From Nemertoderma westbladi (taxonomy: Eukaryota > Animalia > Xenacoelomorpha): a stretch of DNA of 64,000 nucleotides. Position numbers and translations under genes: made by a program. Under the pieces are notes generated by a model that was not told the origin of the DNA, ran no database searches, and worked only from the letters and a program-made list of their open reading frames with translations. Numbering within the stretch: position 1 is the first letter of the stretch; each line of letters begins with the position of its first letter. Positions 11,701 through 22,894 of this stretch are shown one piece after another. Location of the stretch: assembly GCA_032718475.1 (NCBI GenBank), contig JAUCBJ010008532.1, positions 17,608 through 81,607 on the forward strand. Reading direction: 5' to 3'.

Positions 11701-12875
11701 TCAGTGATGTGAACGACACTGACCAAGGTTCTGAGTGGGAAGGATTCTATACAGACGAATTCTCCGATGCCAACGAATCCTGTTATCTAATAAATACCAC
11801 AGTGTATCGAGCACTTACGGATGAAAAGGACACTGACGAGTTTACTCCAACTCCTTTTGACAAACAACCATCTTGGAAAGTTCCAACTTCCAACATAGGA
11901 ATAAGAGAATTTCCTGTAGTGCAAGTTCGAGTTCATGGTCCCAACAAGAGTTACATAGTGAACGCCCTACTTGACTCCGGCAGCACAGGAACATTCATCG
12001 ATCAAGAACTAGCCGAAGATATCTTTGCTGGACAACCCAAGTTCCGGACTAAATTGAATATGTCAGGAATTATGCAGGTTTGGAAATCTACCCTAACGGC
12101 AGATTACTATGTAGGTGTGTTGTCCACCCCCCAGGATAAGTTAGGAACACAAGGTATAAGGTCAGTAAAAATGGTGGCTATAAAGAACTTTGCTACTACT
12201 CAAGCAGAACCTTATAACTGGGACGAGGACGAGTGCATCCAACATCTTGAGATACCTCGATTCCAAACCGATTATCCTGGAGTGCAAATACTCATCGGCC
12301 AAAACGCGCATGAGGCGCTCGAGCCATTAGAGAAACGGCCTGCTCAACCACAGCCACTACAAACCTATGCGGTAAGAACTAGAGTAGGTTGGTACTTCAC
12401 TGGCCCTTCCCGTAGAACTCTCAAAGAGAGATTACCTCAACAACAGGTATACCAAGTAAAGGGGGAAGTGGAGAGCAGTGATGTGGACGACCCAACTGAG
12501 GGAACACCATACTCCTCAGATAATGACGATATTAACTCCAATGTAGATCAATGGAGACATTGCCTTGGGACGATTAATCCAGCCGACATCGCTTCCAGAG
12601 GAGCAACTCCTCAAGAACTGATAGATACTCCAGGCTGGTTAGGTGGATCCGACTTCTTAAGTAAAGAAGAAGAAGAATGGCCTCCTCATCTTACCACGGC
12701 GGAGAGTAGACAGGCCAAGGGAGCGGAGAAACTAACACAACCACTCAATCGCCCAGCTAGTCGTTTATGTTTACTGGAAAGAGACCGAAAACTGTCCGGA
12801 AACTATGGAAGGCAAGATACTCTTCCTACGACCACTTCCCTAATCCGACAAATATCTAGGGACTCCATAACGTAA
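8706..12875 (+). CDS. BEL/Pao Gag-aspartic protease polyprotein with internally deleted pol (1389 aa)
   Basis: Gag core (KFNGDEMKW..LSNGEKLRFL..L.GPP..WDTL..RYG); triple Zn knuckle (CALCDGPHRLSAC, CYNCLRSGHQRRTC, CAKCGAKHHILLH); protease ALLDSGS..ILIG..TRVGW; then only an RNase H tail (QWRHCLGTINPADIASRG..WP) and an integrase C-terminal tail (LNRPASRLCLL). No YxDD and no integrase core. Confidence 0.9.
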   Translation: MADTRQTLSDSLLETTDCFSDQSVENPRPRSETPHTVRRATPAVVVSEPRLVEAISHFAKLVKRRWSAIGTRAQVKRDQEEAIKQQQPPSQEPSSQRPDSSSSSDTVERTPERGAKMADMVYDERPTYEESTDATSSQVESEVESEVESELTAAEKPRTRDAIDIYLSDYQRFIGDEELRRRLSGLRPNSEGTKLVLDAIDAEMLAAEQAKRDEKLRLVRVQEEQIKKRRIEEQKAAAMAAAMADAEAERKAATAVAMADAEAERKAATAVAMADAEAERKAAKAVAKAVAEAERRASEQTTQLELENLQETQDSINKQFTANQMQMMRKSTPKRQGYTSSEEGDTTDPEGGGNRSHLSRRRKTYYRRKLPDLPPAVKRQLTSTDLGSAEPIEQFIQVKRLPTIVDEPEIIRPVVPKVTSVLETPTLPELNSKFPLHSTTLPVPGGTVHANTPVQIAEREINNLSPVVPRQPATMLATPASAVEWVEEGRRGMNLLLGQMQETVHQLKGTVREGRAELQEVQQSIALERDKLVNIQKGIPIPPVTLCQPVRSEVLHAQGVEPTRIYTASEVETPIANPIKGDYRPVINDIPYRPDNDPRNLYTDNSILNNTMVQESFTRQMARTEARQAVKVGEIVKFNGDEMKWLPFNEYYKDSIQNSVLSNGEKLRFLIKCLEGPPKLMALKFIGHPDGLRQVWDTLNIRYGNKDNIAKYLYAKLVAPRHFLSSEIIEFSDEIQEICRQLDWLGKSHEYQSSMVIGAVVSTLPKGGVCTRWDKKVLYMNEQQRRSPTMADLMSFLDSEVKLQLIRQSREKTSENKVSEKPVSRRRIIPVCYTDDGESQASQEEDSGKDTAKSYYDNKTYKDVSKYKSRTSDRREQVTTTPPTSPKRIHGRKPEERTRVQNVNQVKVSNIKPKCALCDGPHRLSACAEFLKKSPVDRRTVLWNKRLCYNCLRSGHQRRTCYSDVKCAKCGAKHHILLHSEFERDNPSQVSEPELHVQFSDVNDTDQGSEWEGFYTDEFSDANESCYLINTTVYRALTDEKDTDEFTPTPFDKQPSWKVPTSNIGIREFPVVQVRVHGPNKSYIVNALLDSGSTGTFIDQELAEDIFAGQPKFRTKLNMSGIMQVWKSTLTADYYVGVLSTPQDKLGTQGIRSVKMVAIKNFATTQAEPYNWDEDECIQHLEIPRFQTDYPGVQILIGQNAHEALEPLEKRPAQPQPLQTYAVRTRVGWYFTGPSRRTLKERLPQQQVYQVKGEVESSDVDDPTEGTPYSSDNDDINSNVDQWRHCLGTINPADIASRGATPQELIDTPGWLGGSDFLSKEEEEWPPHLTTAESRQAKGAEKLTQPLNRPASRLCLLERDRKLSGNYGRQDTLPTTTSLIRQISRDSIT

Positions 12876-14497
12876 TAACATATGGAGTGGGCGTGTGACT
12901 ATATCATTTTATATTTGTTTTTATTTTATATTTATGTATGTATTATTATGTAATTTTATTATAATCGTTTTCTTTAATTTTATTTAGTAGAATGTTATTT
13001 TAGAATATTTAGTAAATTAGTGCAATATATTAGTGTTTATTACGTATTTAATTACTTATAATATATATTTAGTGCGACGGCAAGAAGTAATTATTTTCTC
13101 TTTACTTACTGTCCTTATTATATTATAAATGCGAGACTATAGTAAGATGACATGTCAGTACTTCTTAAAGTACAATAAAGCCACTACTATATTTAAGTAT
13201 TATTGGTAGGCAGAGTATTAGGAATGCAAAGTTCAGATCCTCGTGTCTCGGCTAAACCAAGCTCTGGGTAGACCTTGGAAATGACTTGCCTCTTCACACT
13301 GACATTGCTTCGTGCGATATTGCTCTTCTACCTTATTTCAAATAATACATATAGTAGCGTGATGTCCCTCTAACAGTAGCGTAAAACGCAAATAAATCTG
13401 TTAAACCTTTTGACCATCTGTAATTCTAGTCGATTAAGATATCGCGGCACCCACCGATATACTTGAAAGACAAATTCTAGAATCAGTGGTTAACGTCCCC
13501 AGACAAGTTCTGGAATAAATCGGTGCCCATCCTAAATATTAATTTAATATTTATTAAAATCTGTAAAATCCCGATCCTTTAAAATTTCTAGTCAATTAAG
13601 ATATCGCAGTATTTACCGATATTCTTAGAAGTACTATTTTATAGAATTAAGGATCCTAAGTCCCCAGATATGCTCTGGAATAAAATTTGTGTCAATTTAA
13701 CATCAAATAATAAAATTCACGGGAATAAATTTAAATTCATATTCAAATGAATTTCATAAATTGTCATTTTGTGCAATTGATAACATTCCCAAAATTCCAG
13801 TAATTAATAGATCATGGGAGCGGAGATTCATATTGAGTGTACTAGAGTGCGAGAATCTCCAACATATAGTCAATAGCCGATAAAATTTATAAAATCATGC
13901 ATAAAGAGGATATTGACAACTAAAGAATTACTATTAAATAACATCCCAGATCTGTATGCATGAGAATTACCCTAATTCTACCGCTAGTTTTCCATAATGT
14001 CACCATGGCAACACCCACGCTAGAATTAGAAGCAAGTTAAAGGAACAATAAAAAGCTTAACCCATTGCGTAGCATAAGAGTATACATAACGCACTATTAG
14101 TATCCAAGGATACATAGTAATAACGTGACATTCTGGAAGACACTGACTAACGGACAAATGGCATGCATGTGTGCAGTAAGCAATGATTGTATGGAATTTG
14201 TGCGTTTATAGGTGAATGTTACTACTAAAGTGTGTTTACAGTAGCTAATCGCAATTGTAAAGTAGCCCTAACTCTACCGAGATAACCTCAAGTGGATTCA
14301 AGCTTTTGGGACGGACAGTGGTGGGACTTGTGCCGGTTATCGTTGTCGTGCTGTTGCTACATGTTGGCGTAAACACCGCGACAACGGTACATCGGCGCTG
14401 AGAAACCCACTGTCCGGGGGCAAAGCCTAGTAGGCAGCGATGCCCGCTTGCCTAAAATATTAACTCATATTGATATTAATAAACTCAGATAGCAGAT

Positions 14498-15787
14498 ATG
14501 ACGGAATTGATAGAAGATGACCTTGGTATCAGGGAGCGATATACTCTACCTTTACAAGCGTTTGTGGATAGCTTGATACGCGGTGAAGCCGATCCGACTA
14601 TTACGGAGGACGATGGTCGTTATATCGAACCGCCGATGTCCCAGGAACAACTTACGCGTGAATTGGACTATAGAAAATTCACCGCTCGCTATACGAATCG
14701 TAATGGTACGTATATGGACTTCTTAACTACCGGCCATCCTATCGATTTACATGATACGGACGATGTAGACACCCTAAAGGGAAATGGTTCTATTTAAATA
14801 TCATACCCAGCGGAGTCGTAACGATAAACCGAGAATAGATCACGAAAATTCTATTCGTAACAAACTGGGAAGACGAACCAATATGCCTAGAATCTGAGGA
14901 GATTCAGCCTATCGCGCTCGGAACAGCGACAACGATTACATCCTAGAATGGTATCAAGGTCCACAGTGTCTCACTGCGTACGATTATCGCCATGCCAACT
15001 ATGTTTCTCGGCAACGTTGTCAGTTATGCGCATCGAGAGACCATGTTACGCCCATGGACACAAACGTCCGCTGTTCCTATTTCCACGAACAACCGGCGAT
15101 GGAAATTTATTGAGCGTATTGCAGATTTAATAATTTGCATATTTTTGCGGTTTGCCCTCAATTTATGACTCAATGTCACCACTGTCCACTAAAGGGACAC
15201 GCCAGTTTCGATTGCCCTTTTAATCGCGATTTGGAAAGCGTAGATGAAATGATAACACTACGTTACATTAGAGCTTGGGAAGCGAACGCTGATTTACATC
15301 GTGATTCGCGCCATCGCTATTATCCTGGACGCGCTTACGAAGGAATTTATGCGTTCCATCCTTATCTATTCGCTTCTGTCGAACAGAAATCACGCATATC
15401 GAGTTACAGGAAGTATATCGACGGCCTTACGAGTACCGAGCCCGCGAACGCGAGTTGGAAAGAACCATTAAACCAAGGAAGTTTCTAACTGCCTATGGTC
15501 CACCCACGGCCCTCATTCAGACCACTCGTAAAGGACCCGTAAGAGCGGCTGTCTTGAAACGAGCTCTCAAAGCCGTTAGACCCCTCTCCCCCGACGTTGA
15601 TGTCAATCAACTCGGCACTTCGACTGGCGGATACACCGACCATAATCCTATACCCTCTGATGCAATCATGTTGCACCCTTCACCCAGGAGTTATAGCCCT
15701 CCTTGTAAAGTGGCTCGCCCCAAAGAGAAAAAGACTCTGGCTAGCTTTAAAAAACTGCGTAAACGCCGTCCGCGCATGAAAGACTAA
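14498..15787 (+). pseudogene. Disrupted second ORF of the BEL element with three Zn-knuckle-like motifs
   Basis: Colinear ORF pieces; one frame reads CQLCASRDH..RC..EIY*AYCRFNNLHIFAVC..CHHCPLKGHASFDC; basic C-terminal piece; stops and frame changes. Confidence 0.55.
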
Positions 15788-15865
15788 CTGTTTAGAGTAT
15801 TTTCGTATTTGAGAAACTGTGATTTTGTATACTTTATAGACTTAAATCCCATTTTCTGGGAGCGG

Positions 15866-17060
15866 TGTAAAAGCTTTTGTGGGATAACTGATACGTTTGC
15901 CTTTGCTGGCCAGTTCCCCCCCGGTCGCTAGAATACTCTCAAAGGGATTTATAACTAAAATAGTGCAAGCTACCAGCTTATTGGCTGATGTGCTGTACGG
16001 AGATATCTGGGCTCAGTTTAATCGGCCAACTAGTTTAGGGAGGTTGCCTATACCCTGCTGCCCGTGTCGGCCAATAGAATTTGCGTAGGCGTTGATTTCG
16101 ACCTATCCCAGCGCTACTGAACTGAATTTCCTATCTCACTGCTCATCCTCTGTGTTGAACGGGGCTTCGTGGAATAAGAGTTTTGGTATACTCGTATAGT
16201 AGTAGTAGTCATATGATTTTATATGATTCTGTTGTTATGTTCCCATTTTTCGCCATAACACCGGCTTTTTGGGAAGAACTCTAGTAAACTGCTTAGATTA
16301 TAGAAAGTATAACTGTTACCGGCGGTGTTACCTCACTTAATTTAACTGCACTAATCATATTGTTTGTACTGCTATTTACCGTCAGTTATTAATTGTATCT
16401 ATTTGTTGATGGAAATATTGCTCTTTGGAGAATACGGATAAATCACCCAAAATTCCCAATTTTCTTGATACACTACAGGTTAGAGAGGCGGGCTATATAT
16501 AACAATTGCGATTTATATCAATGTGGTGTGTATTGAATCTAATGTTATTTAGTTGACACTACCTGAGTCAATTGCTGTTCTCTTTATGTGTGATCAAATA
16601 TACTGACGGTCGGCAGAATAGTGTGCATGATTGTGAGTGTGATGTGACTGGTAACAAAGCATTTCCTAAAGAATGCGACTTATACTTTAATCATAAGCCT
16701 TATCGTTGCGTTTAGTATAAGTCCTAGCTCTGTTTAAATAGATAGAGCGCCACGTCCTAAAGGAACTGTTAATATTTCCCGAAAGTTAATAATATCTGTC
16801 AGAAATTACATATTAGCGATCAATCGAATAATACAGTAGGCTTACACTGCAACCTTACACTGCAATAATAAAATCTAAGCATCCGAATTCAGCCTCCCGG
16901 GTGTAGATCCATCGGGTGAATGATCGCGCATGGGCTGGCTTCGGCTAATGTTTTGTTTATTAGCATAAAATATTGTCGTATGCTAAAGGTGTGTTAATTA
17001 ACTAAAAGACATATAAATTTTGGCAGGTTAAACTGCTAAAGGTCTTCAAAAGCGCGAACA
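15866..17060 (+). repeat. Complete 3' LTR of the BEL element (1195 bp)
   Basis: Starts TGTAAAAGCTTTTG right after purine tract GGGAGCGG and ends AACA; both termini match the solo LTR at 52979-54155. Confidence 0.85.
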
Positions 17061-17632
17061 GAATCACTGATACAACTTTGTATCGATATTCGCTCGGAAA
17101 TGTTGTCTTTGTAGACGTTAAGTTCATCGTAGCAGACACATTCACTATCCTCGATGGTTGAAACGAACCATTTCAATTCGCCGACCTCGCTTGGTGTAAG
17201 AAGAATCATGCCCCTAGAAGAAACAATAGCCTTTCCATCGTCAACCCTGTAGCCATTGGTGATCGCTAAATTGCGCTCGTTCCGAATATTTGTAACAAAC
17301 CCAAAAGTGCAATAGTCAAAAGCAACCCAATTGCCCGGTTTTAGGACAAGGTGAGTAGTAGGATTAATAAAAGGGCGACAGATGTTTACATATTGTTGAT
17401 ATAAATTGGCGCAGGCGACGGAAAAGGTGATCCATGAACTGTTTACAGTGTCTTCCAGCTTTATTAACTCGAGTGGATTCACTGGGTTAATACTTCCATG
17501 GGTGCCAACTCTATAATTGAATCCAAAGTAATAGGAGACTTTATTGGCGTAAAGGCATGTGAGCTCATTCAATTTCTCGCCGAAAGCGAGAACATCAATG
17601 TCGAAAAGTTTAAAGAAACGAGTCTCCTCTTC
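17061..17632 (-). pseudogene. Orphan ORF truncated by the BEL 3' LTR, possible PC4-like fold
   Basis: About 190 open codons with no in-frame ATG at the start; runs into the LTR at 17060. LAITNGYRVDDGKAIVSSRGMILLTPSEVGELKWFVSTIED resembles the PC4 core. Confidence 0.4.
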
Positions 17633-17959
17633 CTCGGTTCAGAAGAATCGAGTTTGCGATACTATGAAAATCGAATAAGCGGTCATCGGAGAAGAAGGCT
17701 ATAGGGGCTGTTGCGCTGTCAGTCAGAGGTAACAGCCCGCGAGGTAAGGATTTACCTCTGGGGCCCCAACTATCAGATAGTCTGATACCAACTGTCAGAC
17801 AGTGTCTTTCAACTATCAGATAGATGATCGCCTGTTGCTGTGTTGCCCTCAGTCACTCAGTTGTATTTTTTAAAACCACCTCGTATTGTTGACGGAATCA
17901 GTTACGACCGAAATTGCTGATCGTTAAACCCGGATTGATGGCGGCAAAGTGGGAGTGTA

Positions 17960-18370
17960 TTAAACCCGGGGCCGGGACGATGACGACTGACTCTAGGTTT
18001 ATCCCGGAACGATGACGACGATGTCTATTAAACCGGGAACAATGACGACGGAGTCAATTAAACCCGGGACGATGACGACAATGTCTATTAAACCCGGAAC
18101 GATGACAACAGACTCTATTAAACCCGGAACGATGGCGGTGGAGTGGGAGTATTAAACCCAGGGCCGGCACGATGACGACGGAGTCAATTAAACCCGGGAC
18201 GATGACGACGATGTCTATTAAACCCGGAACGATGATGACAGACTCTATTAAACCCGGGACGATGGCGGCGGAGTGGGAGTATTAAACCCGGGGCCGGCAC
18301 GATGACGACGGAGTCAATTAAACCCGGGATGATGACGACGATGTCTATTAAACCACGGACGGAGTCGACG
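17960..18370. repeat. GC-rich minisatellite, about 30-34-bp units
   Basis: Repeated TTAAACCCGGGACGATGACGACGGAGTC(A/T)A variants with a higher-order cycle. Confidence 0.85.
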
Positions 18371-20467
18371 ATGACTGATAAACTGAAAATGATGTTAAGA
18401 CTGGTTTCGGTTTGTGAGATCGACCTGGCAATACTAACTCAACTCGCTTTCTTCGAATTTCTAGTAATATATTTTGATCTTAACAATAATTATTTAACAT
18501 CAATTATTTTATAGACCTGAATGTCTTGTCAATATATAAGATTTGTAAATACTAAATAAATAGCTAACTTTATGATAATCTGTGATATATTTTTCGAATT
18601 GTAATTAATTTATAATGTTTATAATTAATTAGAAATATACTGTAAAGGAATTATATCTTTTGACAGACTACTGTTTGCGCGACCGTGATGATAAAAGGAA
18701 ATGGTGCCCAAATATTTTACTTAAGGGTCTTTAGATGCAATCAAAGTTGTTCCCTCTCCAGGTGAAAATCGACGCAAATAACAGTTGTTTACTCCTAAAA
18801 ATAACACTGCAACCTGCTCATTTCCCTTAATAAATAATTTAACATGAGACAGGATGTAATAGAGCATTTCACCCAAATAAACACAAAAAGTTCACGTCCA
18901 TTGAAATGATCATGCCCATTGCCAACAACTCCAACTATGTAAAAATTTGAAATATTACAACCAACACTAACCAGTTCACGATCGCAAAAATGTCGTGTTT
19001 GCGTGTCTCATATTAATTGCGTAAGGTCACCTCAGATGCCTGGTTTGGTTATGCACTGGTTTGTGTGCAACATATTTTCAGCTTAACCATCCAACTAGTA
19101 GTTGTTAATGTTAAATTGCAAATAAATACCAAATATTTTCATGCTTATATTTTGACCGACAAGCTGTGAAGTGGACTAACAGACACCAGATTCCATCGTA
19201 CATGTAATCGCCCAGATTAGGAAAAATGGCTTAGAGAAAATTTTAGCAAGTTGTGCTTATTCTATTTTGAGAGACAGACCGACTGACCAGATTATAATAT
19301 GAATACTGGTACCAAGTTTGATATAATTTAGTCAAGGATTGAACGAGTTATAATTTTAAATATCAGTGAAGGGGGCAGGACAGGATTCAGTTATACTTTA
19401 ATAAATAATAGTGATGTATACTAAACCAAGACATACGCGATATGACTGCTGTAGTTCATTGAATGACTGTTGATTTCGAAATATTTCATTCAAAATTAAA
19501 ATAATAATAATAATGTGACAATCGGATTAGAATCTAGGGTGTAATTTTTAGCACTTTACAATATAATAGAACTGGAAAACTGGATGAGCACCGCCCCAAT
19601 CAACTCAACAGACATGTTGTTGTAACTCGACGCACCTCTCACGGGTTTCACTGTCTCAATCCGACGCCTTTTCTTCCACTCTCAAACAGCTGCCTTTGCC
19701 GTTTCCACAACCTATCCTGCTCCGATAGATACCACTGTTTCCATTGCCCCCCCCCCCCCCTGTCTGTTCCCGCATCCACATAAGTCTACTTCAACCTATA
19801 ACTCTCGCAATAATATTATAGACATCACTCTCACATTCATATTCGTTTTATATTTGTGATTTATTAATAACCTTTTACATCATTGTGTGCAAAGTAAAAA
19901 ATTTTAATATATGCCGTTCTGTTTACCCCGACTGGGGTGTTTGTGTTCTAAAAAAAATATTATTGAACTTATTATTATAATTCCAAAACAATATTTTTAA
20001 TAACCATCATTATAAATCAAATTCACATTGTATTTCCATCATGCATGTCCTTGCATATTGTAGGTAAGTTTAGAGATATTCTACAACAATGCTTTAGGTG
20101 TGCACCAGATATCCGATGCGAATGAAAATGACCTGCTATTATGTTATACTGCAATCCGAATAAAATAACGGATTATAAACGTTTTCATTGCCTTTTTTTT
20201 TATAAAAAATATATATTATATACTGAAAATGGTTCATTAATAATATAATTAATGTAATAAATATATACAAATTATAAATAGGCCTATTCATTAAAAAATA
20301 ATAATAAAGGATAATTCAAAAAGATAAACTATTTTCTCTCGCTGTAAATAATTGTTCTTTAATAAATAATTAATGTAAAAATAAAATGAAAAATATATAA
20401 ATATTCAATAAAAAGTATTAATAAAGGATAATTAAAAACGAGAAACTATTTCTCTTGTCAGAAAGCT

Positions 20468-20663
20468 TTTAATATTATGCAGGATATTCGATCCGATCTG
20501 ATATCAAAAAATGTTATATCCGGTACACCCTTAACAATAATTAGAATTACAATCATGCATTACCCTTTTAATATTATGCAGGATATTCGATCCGATCTGA
20601 TATCAAAAAATGTTATATCCGGTACACCCTTAACAATAATTAGAATTACAATCATGCATTACC
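20468..20663. repeat. 99-bp tandem duplication
   Basis: ATGCAGGATATTCGATCCGATC...ATCATGCATTACC at 20477 and again at 20576. Confidence 0.9.
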
Positions 20664-21620
20664 ACCATTATTAAATTATTATTACCGGTAATTAATTATT
20701 ATTATTTATTTAAAAAAAGACACCGTAAAGAAAAAAATCATCCGTTATCATTATTTAATTTAATAGAGAGAAAAAAGCAAGACTTTTTAAAACAAGGGGT
20801 AAGCTGATTAGGTAGGCTACGTGATAATATTACCGCTGTCTCCATACAGCCATACTCCATATTATATATAGCTATATAGGTATATATTTAATCCATATCC
20901 ATATCTAACTCCATATTTCAGTATTTCCAAACGTACCGATAGGAATACTCCAAAAGTTGAATTTTAAAAAATAAAGTATAAATTTCAACTCCATTTGCCA
21001 TTGAATATAGAACTTCCCTCCGACTGATATAGTATTCGAATTAAAATATACATGTAGTGGATGAAGCTCTAAATACTGAAATACATAACAAACAATACAA
21101 TACCCTATATTCATTCCGGAATTATTTAACTATACCCCATATTCATCAAAACCGAAAACCAAATACCGGTATTGTAATTAATATTAGGCCTACCGGTATT
21201 TAAATAATATAGGCCCTAGTAATAAGTCATACTTTCATTGGAATCTGGGCATAGGCCTAGCCTAATCCAGTAATCTTACAGGTAGAAATTTTATACCGGC
21301 TCACCGGTCAGGTTGCCTGTAGGCCTAGTCCTACTGCAATAACCAGATAAGGCAATAATCACATAATGGCTGAATGGTTCTTCAGCGGTTCAGTTCATCT
21401 CTTCCTGTCTTGCAGTCTTGTGTGTCTTCCAGTCACCTGGTCACCAGTTCTCACTGATGTTGTCCTAATTTATATGGTCTTGTACCGCGAAACTGTGTAT
21501 TATTTACTGATGTAGGCTTAATTTTGTGCCTTGTACCATGTACAGTACTGGTGGGCCTACACAGCTACTGTTATTTTGCCTAATACAGGTCCCATAGGTA
21601 AATCCTTACCCCATGGGCTG

Positions 21621-22079
21621 TTACCTCTCTGATTGACAGCGCAACAGCCCTCTCTCGAAGAAGGAGGTTACGAGAGTGGTTAAACCCAGTAAACGATTTG
21701 CCACATCTTGGTTGATGTTTTCTCGAATAAAATCGACTATACTAGTTGGAATCGTAAACGTCTCGGGCGAAGTAGTTAGATTGAACGTTATTTTGTTGTC
21801 CCTTTTTAAAAGTTTGAAACCGTGGTTGGAGGAATGAAGTTTATTATCGTCGAGGGTTTGATATTGTCCATCGTGAAGTTCGTAGCAGGCACGGAAAATA
21901 AAGTGCGCGTAGTTTGCCGGAATCGGGATGGGTTGGTTTAAGGTTGTATTTATCGTTAATGGGAAGAGTTTGTTCGCCGAATCGAAATATAGACCAAACG
22001 AGTTGTCTTGTAGTATAAACTGATTTTCGTTGCAAACCAGATTGTTGCTTGAATAGCTGATTTCTGAATGTGCCATCAT
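21621..22079 (-). CDS. Orphan intronless 152-aa ORF of unknown function
   Basis: ATG start and stop; protein-like composition within AT-rich surroundings; promoter-like motifs just upstream. Confidence 0.5.
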   Translation of the reverse strand: MMAHSEISYSSNNLVCNENQFILQDNSFGLYFDSANKLFPLTINTTLNQPIPIPANYAHFIFRACYELHDGQYQTLDDNKLHSSNHGFKLLKRDNKITFNLTTSPETFTIPTSIVDFIRENINQDVANRLLGLTTLVTSFFERGLLRCQSER

Positions 22080-22159
22080 GATTGTGTACTGGTAACTCGT
22101 TTAGGAAATAAAAATAAATAAATACTTTTACGAAAATAATTAAAACTTTTCAGGAAAAC

Positions 22160-22275
22160 AAAGAGCCAATGATTGGGAATGTGGTGAACGAGGGCTATTA
22201 TAGAGGGGGCTAGAATGGGTTAGCCAATCAGGGAACAGGAGGGAGAAAAGACAGGCGAGATAATGATTGCCCAAT
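22160..22275 (-). promoter_or_regulatory. Putative Pol II promoter for the 152-aa ORF
   Basis: Minus-strand CTATAATAG TATA-like box near 22200, with CCAAT/ATTGG motifs near 22166-22176, 22224 and 22271. Confidence 0.4.
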
Positions 22276-22604
22276 GTTATTCAATGGTAGCCAGAGTGGC
22301 GCCATTGAATAACGAAGACAAAGGGGCCGCGAGAGGAAAGATTATAAAGTTAACGATAAGGGATCTACAAACCATAGAGCTAAATATAGACATTATGTCA
22401 TAATTACGTCATTGGTAATATAAAAACTAATTAATCTAAAAATAGAAATCAATGTATAAAGTAAAAGTAATACAATTAATTAATTTAAAATAAAGTACAA
22501 ATGAATAAATAAAGTAAAATAAAATACAAATAATTAATTAAAATTAAATATAAATAAATAGATATTAATGAATAAAAGAGCTGCGGTGTCACTTATGACA
22601 CCCT

Positions 22605-22894
22605 CTTGAGTCGGCTTTGCGACAGTTGGACCCCACTGACACCATTGCGTATCGGATTGATTAATTAGGATAATCAATTAAACCCTAATTAGGAGTCGTA
22701 AGACACCTATTAGGGTTTAATTGTACTAATTAATTGATGACACCTGACAATTAGGGGCTAATTAGCCTAATTAGGAGGTGTCACCCAGACAGTCTGGCGC
22801 CAATGACACCCAATGTCACCCATAGGTGTCATTGGGTGTCACCCAGACAGTCTGGCGCCAGTCAGTGGGGTACAACTGCCGCAAAGCCGCCCAA
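22605..22894. mobile_element. Small MITE-like inverted-repeat element
   Basis: GGCTTTGCGACAGTTGGACCCCACTGAC at the left and GTCAGTGGGGTACAACTGCCGCAAAGCC at the right. Confidence 0.65.

Larger units (their letters stand above)
6729..17060 (+). mobile_element. BEL/Pao LTR retrotransposon, non-autonomous, 5' LTR truncated
   Basis: Direct repeats 6729-7569 and 16230-17060, both ending GCGCGAACA; internal BEL-type gag-protease ORF; no TSD detectable. Confidence 0.9.

Noticed and set aside
16230-17060. Treating 16230-17060 as the whole 3' LTR
   Set aside because: The PPT at 15858-15865 and the solo LTR termini place the LTR start at 15866.
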